Part shown: one piece after another, positions 27,901 through 39,789 of the stretch | Layout: each line of letters opens with the position of its first letter | Position numbering within the stretch: the stretch's first letter is position 1 | Origin: Mobula hypostoma | Taxonomy: Eukaryota | Assembly (NCBI RefSeq): GCF_963921235.1 | Contig: NC_086118.1 | Location: 26,786,001-26,850,000 of the forward strand | Direction: 5' to 3' | Length of the DNA stretch: 64,000 nucleotides | The notes under the pieces: generated by a model | Told to the model about the DNA's origin: nothing | Seen by the model: the letters and a program-made list of their open reading frames with translations, nothing else | Databases searched by the model: none | Program-made: the position numbers and the translations under genes

Positions 27901-30900
27901 CCTCGACCTTCGACATCGAGGTGGGCAGGCATAGGAGAACATGAGCTGCCTGCCCTGATCGACGATGAGATGACACCCCGTGTCCTACCACTCCAACACC
28001 CAGGTTGCGGACAGATACTGTACCGATTCGCGGAGAATGCAGCAGTAGCCAGGAGGCACACAGCACGTCTTTAAGAAAAAAGCCAAAATAAACATGCTAA
28101 TTAATTAGGTGCCGCCCCACACGTAATTGTTGGCCCAGATCAGAGGCGATGCAATCGGCAATTGGCACTGATCTGGGCCGACAATTATGTGTCCGGCAGC
28201 ACGTAATTAATTAGCATGTTTATTTCGGCTTTTTTCTTAAAGATGTGCTGGGTGTGTCCCGGCTACCGCTGGACCCCTGTGCGCTTCGCGGCAATGTATT
28301 AGTTGGTGGCCCGGAGGGTGGGGGACACTGCACCACCCAACCTCCGACTCAGCCTAACACATCATCATCAGTGTGCTCTGCGGTGTCCCAATTCCGGTAA
28401 GTGATACTACACTGTACATATATTATTTCTACTTTATATCGGCTGTGTATTTTTATGTGTTATTTGATATGATTTGGCAGCTTCATAGTTTAAAGAATAC
28501 TGGAGAGCGCTTGCGCCGTGTTTTTGCCAACAGCGCTTGCGTGAGATTTTCTGCCGAAGGCGCTTGCGTGAGATTTTCGCTACGGAGAACAGTTCAGTAA
28601 TGATTGTGGAAAAGTATTTCTACTTTATATAGGCTGTGTATTTATCATATCATTCCTGCTTTTACTATATGTTACTGTTATTTTAGGTTTTATGTGTTAT
28701 TTGGCATGGTTTGGTAGGTTATTCTTGGGTCTGCGAACGCTCACAAAATTTTCCCATATAAATAAATGGTAATTGCTTCTTCGCTTTATGACATTTCGGC
28801 TTATGAACCGTTTCATAGGAACACTCTACCTTCGGATGGCGGGGGAAACCTGTATATAAATAAAATATACTATATAACGCAACTACTAGAAATATATACA
28901 GTGGCATGCAAAACTTTGGGCACCCCTGGTCAAAATTTCTGTTACTGTGAATAGCTAAACGAGTAAAACATGAACTGATTTCCAAACGGCATAAAGTTAA
29001 AGATGACATATTTCTTTAATATTTTAAGCAAGAAAACTTTTTCATTTCCATCTTTTAGTTTCAAAATAACAAAAAAGGAAAAGGGCCCAAAGCAAAAGTT
29101 TGGGCACCCTGCATGGCAGTACTTAGTAACACCCCCTTTGGCAAGTATCACAGCTTGTAAACACTAAGAGCCTTTCAATTCTTGTTTGGGGGATTTTCGC
29201 CCATTCTTCCTTGAAAAGGGCTTCTAGTTCTGTGAGATTCTTGGGCTGTCTTGCATGCGCTACTCTTTTGAGGTCCATCCACAGATTCTTGTTGATGTTT
29301 AGGTCAGGGGACTGTGAGGGCCATGGCAAAACCTTCAGCTTGCGCCTCTTGAGGTAGTCCATTGTGGATTTTGAGGTGTGTTTGGGATCATTATCCTGTT
29401 GTTGAAGCCATCCTCTTTTCATCTTCGGCTTTTTTACAGACAGTGTGATGCTTCCTTCCAGAATTTGCTGGTATTTAATGGAATTCATTCTCCCCTCTAC
29501 CAGTAAATGTTCCCTGTGCCACTGGCTGCAACACAAGCCCAAAGCATGATCGATCCACCCCCATGCTTAACAGTTGGAGGGGGGTTCTTTTCATGAAATT
29601 TTGCACCCTTTTTTCTCCAAATATACCTTTGCTTATTGCGGCCAGAAAGTTCTATTTTAACTTCATCAGTCCACAGGACTTGTTTCCAAGATGCATCAGG
29701 CTTGTTTAGATGTTCTTTTGAATCTTTTGAATAGAACTTTTCTTTTGATTCCTTTTCTTTTGATCCCTTTCCTTTTGATTCTGCTTATGGAAGCTAAAGC
29801 ATTCTGCAGTCAACAATGGCTTTGGTTATAAATGTTCCTGTGTTACTTTCATAATATCAGTAAAGCTCATTTCAGCTTTTTTGGTTGGAGTCATCAAACC
29901 CCTAAGCAAACTATATGTTTTTCCACCCAATGCACTCAGCAAAACTAGTACTTGTTTCTTATTGGCTATTCCATTTGCTTTAAAATATTGCCCAATTAGC
30001 TCAGTATACATATTCCAGTTATATGTTGTGCTCTCAAACATAACAATCTTTCCGATGCAGCTAACCATTTCTGCTCTTTTTTTTAATGATTATTATCACC
30101 AGGTACTCACTGTAACTGAACTCATGAATTATTCTGCTTTCTGACTTTTTTTTAACTCAATCGCCTTTCCTTTTGTGAAGAAAACATGCAATGCTTTTTT
30201 TTAAAAACTCAGATGTCTGGCTGCATTTCAACAGGTAGGTAGTCATCTTGGATTTGTTTAAAACTTCCTCATCGCCACTGTTATGTCTTATAAAACAAGG
30301 AAGCCGTGAGATGCAATTCTTAGTTTGTTTTTTACTTTAAGCAAAGCACGCTCTTATCACATGTATGACCCATACATTTCACGTATTTTTACATATAACC
30401 TTTAATGAATTAGGGTGTATGGGGTGTCAGGGAGGGGTAGCACCTCTTGTGTGAAGACCTGTCGTACCTTCCGAGGTAGGTCCTCCACCATTGGTCCTCA
30501 CCTGGCACACAGTTCTCACCTGTGACTCCAAGTAAGCTGTTTGCATGCAACGGAGGCCACACCCTGGGCAACAGTTTCGACAGGCCAGACAAACCAGGTG
30601 AGAGTGGCTGTTGGGTTTTTCTGAACCCTCGATGACTTCAGACTTGTCTACCCAAAGCATGTGCAGGCTGAGTTCAGTGGACTGCATGGAGGAAACCACC
30701 ACCACCAGCTGGTTTCCCAGCACACGTTATGGAGCGCAAAGAGCATGGCAAGACACATAAATAGCCCTGGTCGTCCACTGCATCCTCACTTATCTCCAGC
30801 CATCTTGACTCTCATCGTGCCACTCAATCCAAATAGGCTAGGATGAGAGAGTGAGGTTGACAACTTGAAAACTCTCCCTCACTTCCATCAAATTCACATG

Positions 30901-33900
30901 CAAGTAACAACATTGAAACAACAGCATAAAGAATGAGCAGCAGGCACCTCAACTACAGAACCTTTACACACTTACCCCATGTGCAGGAGGTACTTCCTAG
31001 CCCAGATTGGACTCATCAATCACCTCCCGAAACACAAATAACAAACACGCCCACCCAAGGATGTCAGTGGTCCTCATTGCTCGCGATGGACATGCACACA
31101 CAGTGAATTATTTAATCGAACAAGATACATAATCAAACAATATATTTACAATATGACTCAAATACTACTGAATATTAAATACACAACATCATGTACACAA
31201 CTTAGTTGCTCCTATTTTGAACTCTTTTTGTAACTTTCATGTTTTTTCACTGCATTACTGCTGGAAAACAAATATTTCATGATTATTAACTAAGTTCTGA
31301 ATCATCTTTGATCCCTACTTTTGGCTTCGTATTGCAAAACCAAAACCATAAGTTAATAGGTTTTAAGAACTAAATACTTTCCATTTGCCTCTGTTTGCAA
31401 ATAACTTTAATTCCACATGGTTACTCGTACTGGTTAAAGATTGTAGAGCTAATCATCAGAATAGCAAATGAAAATGTAACAGATTTTATAATCCCTGACA
31501 AACAAATCCCATTTATATTTTCTTCCCACTCACTGTCATAAACCATGGCATTTTGTAAAATAAAAACAAGTTCCTAATGTTCTACATTCCCCATCATTGA
31601 CTGTATTAAATTTTCTCATCATAAAGTCTATGAAACAGTATGTTTTTTCTCATTTCACATCTCTAGAATTTGCTATTTATTGCTTTTTTTAAAGAGTACA
31701 TTATTCTTACCTTGAAACCCATGTAGGTGACTTGTCCAGTGGCAATATACTTTCCACTCTTACTAACCGTAACAAAGGAGATATTGTTTGTGTGACTTTC
31801 CAGGAAAGCTTGTTGGCTACTGTTCAAATTTTGTATTATAGTTGTACATCCCAGGGGGTAAATTATATTTTCACCATCAGGGTGCACAGATAAGCCACTA
31901 GGCACCTTGCCTGCAATACAAAAATAGAGTGGCGTGCTGTTTGATCTGAATCAGATATAAGAATCCCTGATTACATTCAACACTTAATATTTTGCAGAAG
32001 GGACTTCCAGAAATGGTTGCAAATCCCAAGAATAGCAAATAGTCCAAAGAAATATAATATACATGTAAAGATTAATAAATACTGTAAGTAACATAATGAA
32101 CAAAATATAACACATATAATAAAGGTAATGATGATGCATGAGAGATACTATATTATATTCCAACTGCCGTGTTCTCACCCACTCATTTATCTTGCACATA
32201 TTGTTTTACATCATCAACAAATTGGATATATAATATTTCATTCCCTCAACAAATTATTGATGTAGATTGTGAACAGCTAAGGTCCAAACATTGGCCCCTG
32301 CAGACGCCCACATAGCCTGTGAAACTGACAATGGCAAGTTCATTTTAACCATTTACTTTCAGTCTGTTAACCAATTCTTAATCTATGTCAATAGATTACC
32401 CCTGATACGTTGTGCCTCTGATGTTTCTGACCAATATCCTGTGTGGGACCTTGCCAAAAAGGTTCACCAAAATTCAAATACAGAAGATTCACAGGTTTCT
32501 GTATTTCCTTACTCTAATAATTGTATTTGTAAATAATTCCCACGAAAATTATTTCCATTTAACAAATTCACAATGACTTTGCTCAATCCTATTATTCTTT
32601 GCTTTGTGCTTACATCCCTCAACATAGATTTCACTTAACACACATAGTTCCCAATCTACAGGATTTTGCAATATGATAACCAATGGAAAGATAATTAATG
32701 ACAGTATCATGAAATAGCAGTTGTGCAATTTTTATTTGGAATCTGGAATGTACTGCCTGTGGATGTGGTAGCAGCAGTTTTCATTGTGAGTCCAAAAGGA
32801 AGTCTGATAAATATATTGTGAAGAAATATTTTTAAGATGACAGAGAAAAGTCCAGGTTGGAATTAATGAATTCCTCTGGAAGTAATCCAGCATGGACACA
32901 ATGGGCTGAATGACTATAGCAATTCAATGATTTGATGATGCAAAGTACCCACTCTTTATCGACCCCTCTTTCAAAACTCCAGAATATGGGTCATCAGGTC
33001 TTTCAGTTTCACCACCTCCCCAGCCCTTTTGCTTTACTAATTCCTTTCAGTGTTATATTCTTGCTGGATGCTTGATTCTCTCAGACTTCTGGTGGAGACT
33101 TTTTCTGTGACAACCAGTAATTGTTTAATATTTCTGCCTTTCCTTATTCCATCATTACAATTTCTCCAAATTATATCCGCAAGGAATACACTTTTGTCCT
33201 TGCGAGTACATGGAAGACCTCTCACAATCTAATTTAACTTTCTTGATATTTTAATCACAACACCTTCCCTTTCTTTATCAATTTCTTTTTCATCCTTTGC
33301 TGAATACCAAAATGTTCCTGAAATTCAGACCGATTGCTATTGGTGGCAACTTTGTAATCGTTTAATTTAATACTATCCTTAATTCCACCACTCAGTGAAG
33401 CACAGATCAGTTTTCCTAGACAATAAGACCATAAGAAATAGGAGCAGAATTAGGCCATTTGGCCCATCGAGTCTGCTCCACCATTCCGTCATGGCTGATT
33501 TAATATCCCTCTCAACCCCATTCTCCTGCCTTCTCCCTGCAATCATTGCCACCCTGACTAATCAGTAACCTATTAACCCCCATTTTAAATATACTCAGTG
33601 ACTTGGCCTCTACAGCCGTCTGTGGCAATGAATTCCACAGATTCTCTGACCTCTAGCTAAAGAATTTCCTGCTCATCTCTGTTCTAAATGGATGTCCCTA
33701 TACTCTGAGGCTGGGCCCTCTGGTCCTCGACTCACTCACTATAGGAAATATCCTCTCCACATCCACTCTTTCAATATTTCATAGGTTTCTATGAGATTTC
33801 CCTCATTCTTCTAAACTCCATTGAGCACAAGCCCAGAGTCATCAAACGCTCCTCATATATTAATCCTTTCATTGCTGAAATTATTCTCAAGAACCACCTC

Positions 33901-36900
33901 TGGACCTTCTCCAATACCAGTATGTCTTTTCTCTGATAAGGACCCCAAAACTGTTTATAATACTTCAAGTACAGTCTGAACAATGCCTTATAAAGTTTTA
34001 GCATGAAATCCTTGCTCTTATATTCTAGTCCTCTCAAAATGTATGCTAATATTGCATTTGCCTTCCTTACTACTAATTCAACCTCCAAGTTAACCTTCAG
34101 GGAATCCTACACAGGGTCTCCCAATTCCCTTTGCACCTCTGAGTTTTAAAATTTTCTCCCCACTTAAAAAATAGCCTATGCCTTTATTCCTTTTACCAAA
34201 GTGGTTGACCACACACTTCCCTAAGCTATATTCCATCTGCCGCTTTTTGCCCATTCTCCCAATTTGTCTGAATACTTCTGCAGACTCCTGCTTCCTCAAC
34301 GCTACCTGCTCCTCCACCTATCTTCATATCATCTGCAAACTTGGCCACAAAGCCATCTGAAGGCGAGAAAGAAATTCCTGGGTGGTATGAACACCCCAGA
34401 TTGCATCCTCAACATTTTAAAGTGGGAGGGTGACAGCCGGAGGTAATGGTCCATGTAGGAATAATGATATGGGTAGGTCGAGTGACGAGGTTCTACATAG
34501 GGAATTCAGGGATATAGGTGCTACGTTAAAGGGCAAGACCTCCAAGGTTGTCATTTCCAGATCGCTACCCGTGCCATATGCTAGTGTAGCTCCCCTGGCC
34601 ACCCTCAGGGTTGCTCGGCTCGCTGTCGTCTAGGGAAACAGCCCTCGGCCCCGGCAAACTGGGCAATAGTTTGTGTGGATGCTGTGTGATGTAACCCACT
34701 CCGCCCAAGTAACAGACAATACAGCAGATACGATTAAATGATTTACAGTTTATAGATATTATCGGAACTATATAATTAATGGAGAATAAAATATAAAAGG
34801 AAAATAAAAGGCGCCACACTTATCAAAGTTCAGTCTCTTCATGCACAAACAGTTGGAGCTCGGGACCCTTCTTCTTCACCCTGCGACCCCTCAGACCGCC
34901 TCGACTGGCTGCCTGGGACCAACAACGGTGGTCGATCAGACGCTCCACACAAGTCCATCTCCATCTCCTCTCCTCGCCGAATGCCCCGCTTGGGGTCCGA
35001 CCCCGTTAGCGGACTCACAGCACCTGCTCTATCCTCTGTCTCTCTCTCCCGCCTTCTCCCCCCAAACCCGGCGCACACAATATCTTACAGGTACACCAAC
35101 AACATAACAACTATCGCAATCAACAAACTGCTAGCGGGAAGGACTTTCTCAGCGTTTAATATAACAAAGAAGCATTCCCAAGTATAACATAACAAAGAAG
35201 CCATTTTAATTAGCCTACGCAGTAAAAGACGAAACCCCCTTACACTAGTGAGGCCAGAAGTAGGAAGATTATGCATTTTAACACATGGCTAAGGAGTTGG
35301 TATAGGATTTTCGGATCACTGGGTACTCTTCCAGGGAAGGTGGGACCTATACAAAAGGGATGGTTTTCACCTGAACTGGAGGGGGATCTAATACCCTAGC
35401 AGGAAGGTTTGTTAATGCTTCACGGTGGAGTTTAAACTAGAGTTGCAGGAGGATAGGAACCCGAGTACCAGAACAGTTAGTGGAGACGTTGTGGAGACAG
35501 GTGTTGATAAGACCTCAGGCAAAGTCAGGAATCAAAAGGTTGAGCGTGTATATTTGAATGCAAGAAGTATCATAGGAAAGTTGAAAGAGCTCAGGCATGG
35601 ATCTACACCCAGAGTTATGATGTTGCAGCCACTTGATTGCAGGAGGGGCAAGGCTGGCAGCTCAATATTCGGTGTTCTTTTTTTTTAGATGTGACACAGC
35701 AGAAGAGATTAAAGAAGGTGGGGTGATGTTACTCTGACTGGAGGCCTGTGACTAGTGGTGTGTCACAGGAATCGGTGCTGGATCCTTTGTTGTTTGTCAT
35801 CTATATCAATGATCTAGATGATAATGTGGTTAACTAGATCAGCAAATTTCCGGATAACACCAAGACTGTGGGTGTAGTGGACAATGAGGAAGGCTATCAT
35901 GGCTTGCAGCTGGATTTGCATCAGCTGGAAAAATGGGCAGAAAAATGGCGAATGGAATTTAATACAGACAAGTGCGAGGTGTGCACTCTAGTAAGACCAA
36001 CCAGGGTAGGTCTGACATAGTGAACAGTAGGGCACTGAGGAGTGTGGTAGAACAAAGGGATCTGGGACTACAGGTCCATAATTAGTTGAAAGTGGCATCA
36101 CAGGTATATAGGATCATAAAGAAAGCTTTTGGCAATTGGCCATAAATCAATGTATTGAGTACAGGAGGTGGGATGTTACGTTGAAGTTGATTGGTGAGGC
36201 CTAATTTGGAGTATTGTGTGTAGTTTTGGTCACCTACCTACAAGAAAGATGCAAACATGGTAGAAAGTGTAGAGAGAAAATTTACAAGGATATTGCTGAG
36301 TCTGGAGGGCCTGAGATGTAAAGAAAGATTGAATAGGTTTGGACTGTATTCTTTATAATGTAGAAGATTTGATAGAGGAATACAAAATTATGAGGGGTAT
36401 AGATAGGGTAAATGCAACCAAGCTTTTTCTACTGAGGTTGCATGGGACCACAACCAGAGGTCATAGGCTAAGCGTGAAAGGTGAGAAGTTTAAGGGGACC
36501 ATGAGGGGAAACTTCTTCACTCAGAGGATCGTGAGAATATAGAATGAGCTGCCAGCACAAGTGTGCATGCAAGCTCAATTTCAACATTTAAGTGAAGTTG
36601 ATATTAGGGGTATGGAAGGCTATGATCCAGATGCAGGTTGATGGGAGTAGGCCATTTAAATGGTTTCAGCGTGGACTAGATGAGCCGAAGGGCACGTTTC
36701 TGTGCTGTACTTCTCCATGACTCTATAATTTCATTATCCAAGTCTTTGGCATATAACATGTAAAGAAGCAATCCCAACATAAATTCTTGTGGAACACCAG
36801 TAGTCACTGGCAGCCAATCAGAAAAAGCTCCCTCTATTCCCACTCTTTGCCTCCTGCCAGTCAGCCAATCTTCTATCCATGCTAGTATCTTTCCTGAAAT

Positions 36901-39748
36901 ACCATGGACTCTTATTTTGTTAAGTTGCTTCATGTGCAGCAGCTTGTCAAAGACCTTCTGACAAGTAAGCAACATGTATTGATTTTCCTTTGTCTATCCT
37001 GGCTGTTATTTCCTCAAAGAATTCCAACAGATTTGTCTGGCAAGATTTCCCTTGAAGGTAACCATGCTGACTTTGGACTATTTTATTATGTGCCTCCAAG
37101 TATTTTGAAACTTCATTCTTAATAATGGACTCCAACATTTTTCAAACCACTGAAGTCAGGCTAAGTGGCTTATAATTTCCTTACTTCTGCCCCCCTCCCT
37201 TCTTAAAATGTGGAGTGACAGTTTCCAGAACCATTCCAGAATCTAATGATCTTTGAAAGATCATTAGTAATTCCTCCACAATCTCTTCAGCTACTTCTTT
37301 CAGAACAATGGATCTACCTTCAGAACTTTCAACATCCCAAGCACCTTTTCCTTAATAATAGAAATTACACTCACCTCTGCCTCCTAACACTCTAAAATTT
37401 TCTGGCATACGGCTGATGTCTTTCACAGTGAAGACTGATGCAAAATAGTTATTAAGATCACTTGCCATTTCTTTGTCCCCCTATTACTACCTCTCCATGG
37501 TCATTTTTCGACGGTTGATACCCATTCTTGCCCCTCTTTTATGCTTTATATATCTAAAACTTTTTGGTATCCTCTTTTATTTTATTGGTTAACTTTCCTT
37601 CACATTTTATCTTTTCTTTCCTTATAGCTCTTCTAGTTGCCTTCTGTTGGTTTTTAAAAACTTCCCAATCCTCTGACCTCCCACAAATTTTTGCTATATT
37701 AAATACCCTCTCTCTTTCTTATATGCAGTCTTTGACTTCCCTTGTCAAGCCACAGTTACCTCATCCTCCCTTTGTAGTACTTCATCTTTAGGATGTTTCT
37801 ATCCGATACCTTCCAAATTGCCCCCAGAAACTCCACCCATTTCTGTTCTGCCATCATCCCTGCTAGCATTTCCTTCTAAACCACTTTGGCTAGCTCCTCT
37901 TTCATGTCTCTGTAATTCCCTTTACTCCACTGTAATATTTGACTTTACTTTCTCCCTCTCAGACCGCAGAGTGAATTCTATCATATTATGATCACTGCCT
38001 CCTGAAGATTCCTTCACCTTAACTTCTCTAATAAAATCTGAAGCACTACACAACACCTACTACAGAACTGCCTTTCCCCTAGTGGGCTCAACCATGAGCT
38101 GCTCTAGAAAGCCATATTGTAGGCATTCTAGAATTTTGTGTCCTTAGGATCGATCACCAACCTGATTTTCCTAACTTACCTGCGCATTGAAATCCCCATG
38201 ACTACAATAGCCTTTTTTTACATGCCTTTTATATCACCCGTTGTAATTTGTACCCCACATTCTGGCTACTGTTTAGAGACACATTATATATAAAACTCTC
38301 ATCAGGGTCTTTTCAGCCTTGCAGTTTCTTAACTCTACTCACAAGGATTCTACACCTTCCAATCCTATGTCACCTCTTTCTAAGGAAATGATTTCATTTT
38401 TTTTTACCAACAGAGCCACGCCATTTTCTCATCCCATTGTAGAATGTGTATCCTTGGATGTTAAGCTTCCTGCTATGATCTTTTTTTGGTCACAGCTCAG
38501 TGGTACCCACATTGTACCTTCCCCAGGAGAGATCCCAATGATCCAGCAATCTGAAACCCTGTCACCCCCACCAATTCCTCAGCCACATATGCATCTGGCC
38601 GACCATCCCGTTCTTACCCTCACTGGTACGTGACAGAGATGACTAATCTGGAGGTCCTGCTTTTCAGCTTTCTACCTATCTTCCTGTATTCTCTCTTCAC
38701 AACCTCCACCCATTTCCTATCCATGTCATTGGTACCAGTATGTATCATGACATCTGGTTGCTCATCCTTCTCCTTTAGAATGCTGTGACACAATCCAAGA
38801 TATCCCTGACCCTGACACCTGGGAAGCAAAAGACCATCTGGGTACCTTTTTCACTTCCAACTGCTCCTCTAACTATGCAATCCCCTATCACTACTCCATT
38901 CATCTTCTCCCGCTTTCCCTTCTGAGTTTTTGAATGTTTGAGTCCTGCTGAGCTTTTCTGCTCTAAAAGAATATACATACAGTGCCCATGTTGTTAGGTA
39001 CAGCTTTCCCTAATAAAATCATGCTGACAATTTAGATTAATTCCAACATTTCCAAATATAGATTAATCATGCATGTCCCATGAACTTTTCAGCAATAACT
39101 TCAGTATTACTAAGTTAACTTCATTCATCTGTAATCAATTGACTTATTCCGACTCCCCCTTCTTGAACTACACTTGCTGCCCTCCAGTTATCTAGCTCGT
39201 CTTTCGTGAATTAACTATTTAAAAAGAAAATGCTCCAATAAGCTTAACAAGCTTATTTTATTTCATTCCCAGGTAGACGAAGGGTCTCCGACACAAAACT
39301 TCATCTCTGTTTCTCTTCCCACAGATGCTGCCTGTCCTGCTGAATATTTCCGTCATTTTCTGCTTTAATTTTAGATTTCCAACATCTACAACATCTTTTT
39401 TTGACGTTTCAAAATTTAAAATACAATCTGCCTGCTCTAATGCGTCCCTCGCAAAACTCAGAAGAGCTTCTTTAGTTCCCTTAAAGTGTGGAGACACGTG
39501 AGAGTCACAAAAGTAGGGAACAGGGAGGCAAGCAATATCTAAGGTAGCAGATCACGATGCTGCAGCAAGGGTTGAGTCTCGGGTCGGCAGCTGCACCCTC
39601 GCAGTTGGAGGAACCCGGCTCTTGCCTATTGCCAGCTGGACTCAGGCATCGCAACGACCACACGGCCAGCCAGCCAGCCCCTCTTACCGTTGAACCCTAT
39701 GATTGATTCCAGCTCTAACTGAGAGAGGTCCCCGTTTTCCCCGGCCAT
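1577..39748 (-). CDS. CFAP52: Cilia- and flagella-associated protein 52 (WDR16), coding exons 1-10; 3' exons lie beyond the left edge. Join: 39688-39748, 31711-31910, 18013-18149, 10706-10834, 9817-9916, 6622-6738, 4360-4460, 3273-3443, 1822-1970, 1577-1722
   Basis: Ten GT-AG exons splice in frame (1311 nt, 437 codons): [43 protein letters not shown]...[17 protein letters not shown]...[19 protein letters not shown]...[16 protein letters not shown]...[12 protein letters not shown]...[15 protein letters not shown]...ISGGGEGQ. This is colinear with human CFAP52 as recalled. Confidence 0.96.
1822..1970 (-). CDS. CFAP52: CFAP52 exon 9
   Basis: 149 nt; [18 protein letters not shown]...DGRSIIS. Confidence 0.95.
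3273..3443 (-). CDS. CFAP52: CFAP52 exon 8
   Basis: 171 nt; [24 protein letters not shown]...VTFP. Confidence 0.95.
3679..4186 (-). mobile_element. PLE 3' fragment (related subfamily) with a short 5' inversion and a mutated hammerhead (about 3740-3773)
   Basis: Similar to the 6040-6540 region; 4160-4186 is an inverted copy of 4114-4141; ribozyme core reads CTTACAA. Confidence 0.8.
4360..4460 (-). CDS. CFAP52: CFAP52 exon 7
   Basis: 101 nt; [36 protein letters not shown] acceptor, GTATG donor. Confidence 0.92.
4960..6569 (+). mobile_element. 5'-truncated Penelope-like element (Neptune-type), RT plus GIY-YIG endonuclease, frameshifted
   Basis: [13 protein letters not shown] and RYIDD RT motifs; CxxxxCxxC linker (CKRNKCYTC); VIYCVQC...LYIGET GIY-YIG; stop at 6138; 11-bp TSD TCTACATAAAT (4949-4959, 6570-6580). 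Confidence 0.92.
6438..6473 (+). ncRNA. Minimal type I hammerhead ribozyme in the PLE 3' terminus
   Basis: AGTC-CTGACGA-AGG gtcttgg CCT-GAAA-C-GTC-GACT: stem I AGTC/GACT, intact core, GUC triplet, palindromic ACGT in place of stem III. Confidence 0.8.
6622..6738 (-). CDS. CFAP52: CFAP52 exon 6
   Basis: 117 nt; [18 protein letters not shown]...GPIKNKFSL. Confidence 0.94.
9817..9916 (-). CDS. CFAP52: CFAP52 exon 5
   Basis: 100 nt; [33 protein letters not shown]. Confidence 0.94.
10706..10834 (-). CDS. CFAP52: CFAP52 exon 4
   Basis: 129 nt; [17 protein letters not shown]...[12 protein letters not shown] bounded. Confidence 0.93.
11200..15476 (-). mobile_element. Young 5'-truncated CR1 (minus), split into about 11200-11796 and 14831-15476 by a nested plus-strand copy
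   Basis: The two parts rejoin as aaagcta/acacccc, as in the uninterrupted copy near 51167-51180; CR1 3' hairpin and (TTCTA/TG) tail at the left end. Confidence 0.9.
11797..14830 (+). mobile_element. Young CR1 LINE with nearly complete but disrupted ORF2 (APE endonuclease plus RT)
   Basis: [21 protein letters not shown] (APE); [24 protein letters not shown] (RT); frameshifts and an in-frame stop; 3' tail ttctatgttcta. Confidence 0.95.
15540..16400 (-). mobile_element. Highly degenerate CR1 fragment
   Basis: Remnant NYRPVSL-like region (aaactaactggtctgtagtt). Confidence 0.5.
17501..17679. mobile_element. Older fold-back PLE-terminus insertion with a degenerate hammerhead (17602-17637)
   Basis: Inverted tail followed by AGTCCTGATGAAGGG...GAAAC; TSD AATGACAAGAT at 17490-17500 and 17680-17690. 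Confidence 0.8.
18013..18149 (-). CDS. CFAP52: CFAP52 exon 3
   Basis: 137 nt; ADILIYDY...[31 protein letters not shown] bounded. Confidence 0.94.
18532..19093 (-). mobile_element. Non-autonomous hAT-like DNA transposon with a BED-type zinc-finger remnant and an internal (CT)n tract
   Basis: TIR CAGACATCCCACC...GGTGAGATGTCTG; flanking CAAATA duplication; peptide [16 protein letters not shown]..(frameshift)DCKRHVE. Confidence 0.7.
19300..22100 (-). mobile_element. Older, internally deleted CR1 with ORF1 and APE remnants
   Basis: 3' end near 19300; [20 protein letters not shown]...YYR...DDFNFP; ORF1-like [21 protein letters not shown]. Confidence 0.8.
20466..20705. mobile_element. Composite PLE-terminus insertion carrying an inverted copy of 19491-19595
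   Basis: Direct repeat ATTGCACTCT at 20456-20465 and 20706-20715; contains PLE tail pieces plus a CR1-derived flank. Confidence 0.75.
22142..22350. repeat. Tandem repeat, about 85-bp unit, about 2.5 copies, at the 5' end of the CR1
   Basis: tacacaatccaatgtctcctcaggaactgtg-like unit starts at 22142, 22226 and 22313. Confidence 0.8.
23245..23528 (-). mobile_element. V-SINE/HE1-like SINE
   Basis: tggactgtgggaggaaaccagagcacccagggaaaacccac core. Confidence 0.7.
25545..27045 (+). mobile_element. Degenerate Rex1/Babar-like LINE RT region
   Basis: Remnants of [38 protein letters not shown]. Confidence 0.8.
27264..28852 (+). mobile_element. Internally deleted Tigger/pogo-like DNA transposon
   Basis: TA-flanked imperfect TIRs CAGGTGTCCCCCAC.../...GCGGGGGAAACCTG; N-terminal HTH remnant [32 protein letters not shown] from 27507, joined to an acidic C-terminal remnant. 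Confidence 0.85.
28899..29720 (-). mobile_element. Tc1 transposon, one end plus transposase C-terminal half
   Basis: TA-CAGTGGCATGCAAAACTTTGGGCACCC terminus, inner DR near 29094-29109; QQDNDPKHT and WPSQSPDLN motifs. Confidence 0.9.
29790..31188 (-). mobile_element. Gypsy (Mag/K02A2.6-like) 5' LTR (30279-31188, interrupted), PBS and gag fragment
   Basis: TG...CA LTR similar to 46904-47122; PBS-like TGGCGATGAGG next to the LTR; gag QYFKANGI...[14 protein letters not shown]. Confidence 0.8.
30413..31103 (+). mobile_element. Non-autonomous retro-insertion (RTE-like) inside the Gypsy LTR
   Basis: TSD TGAATTA at 30406-30412 and 31104-31110; the RTE assignment rests on recalled terminal similarity only. 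Confidence 0.6.
31711..31910 (-). CDS. CFAP52: CFAP52 exon 2
   Basis: ttgcAG acceptor, GTAAG donor, 200 nt; [21 protein letters not shown]...GQVTYMGFK. Confidence 0.95.
34359..36726 (+). mobile_element. Internally deleted CR1 (plus) nested in a minus CR1
   Basis: ORF1 esterase remnants, [10 protein letters not shown]-terminal remnants, 3' tail ctgtgctgtacttctccatgactctat. Confidence 0.8.
34585..35244 (-). mobile_element. Solo LTR (660 bp)
   Basis: TGTA...TACA termini; 4-bp TSD CTAG (34581-34584, 35245-35248); CpG-rich; interrupts CR1 ORF1; orientation tentative. Confidence 0.85.
39688..39748 (-). CDS. CFAP52: CFAP52 exon 1 (coding part)
   Basis: Kozak-like caaccATGG; encodes [25 protein letters not shown] donor. 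Confidence 0.92.
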
Positions 39749-39789
39749 GGTTGTCGAGCTAGAGGGAGCCGGCTCCTTGTGTACGGACA

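Larger units (their letters stand above)
33420..38930 (-). mobile_element. Older CR1 (minus), split at about 34359/36726 by a nested plus-strand CR1
   Basis: 3' tail at 33420; RT remnants on both sides rejoin; esterase-like IHTGTNDM near 38740. Confidence 0.8.
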
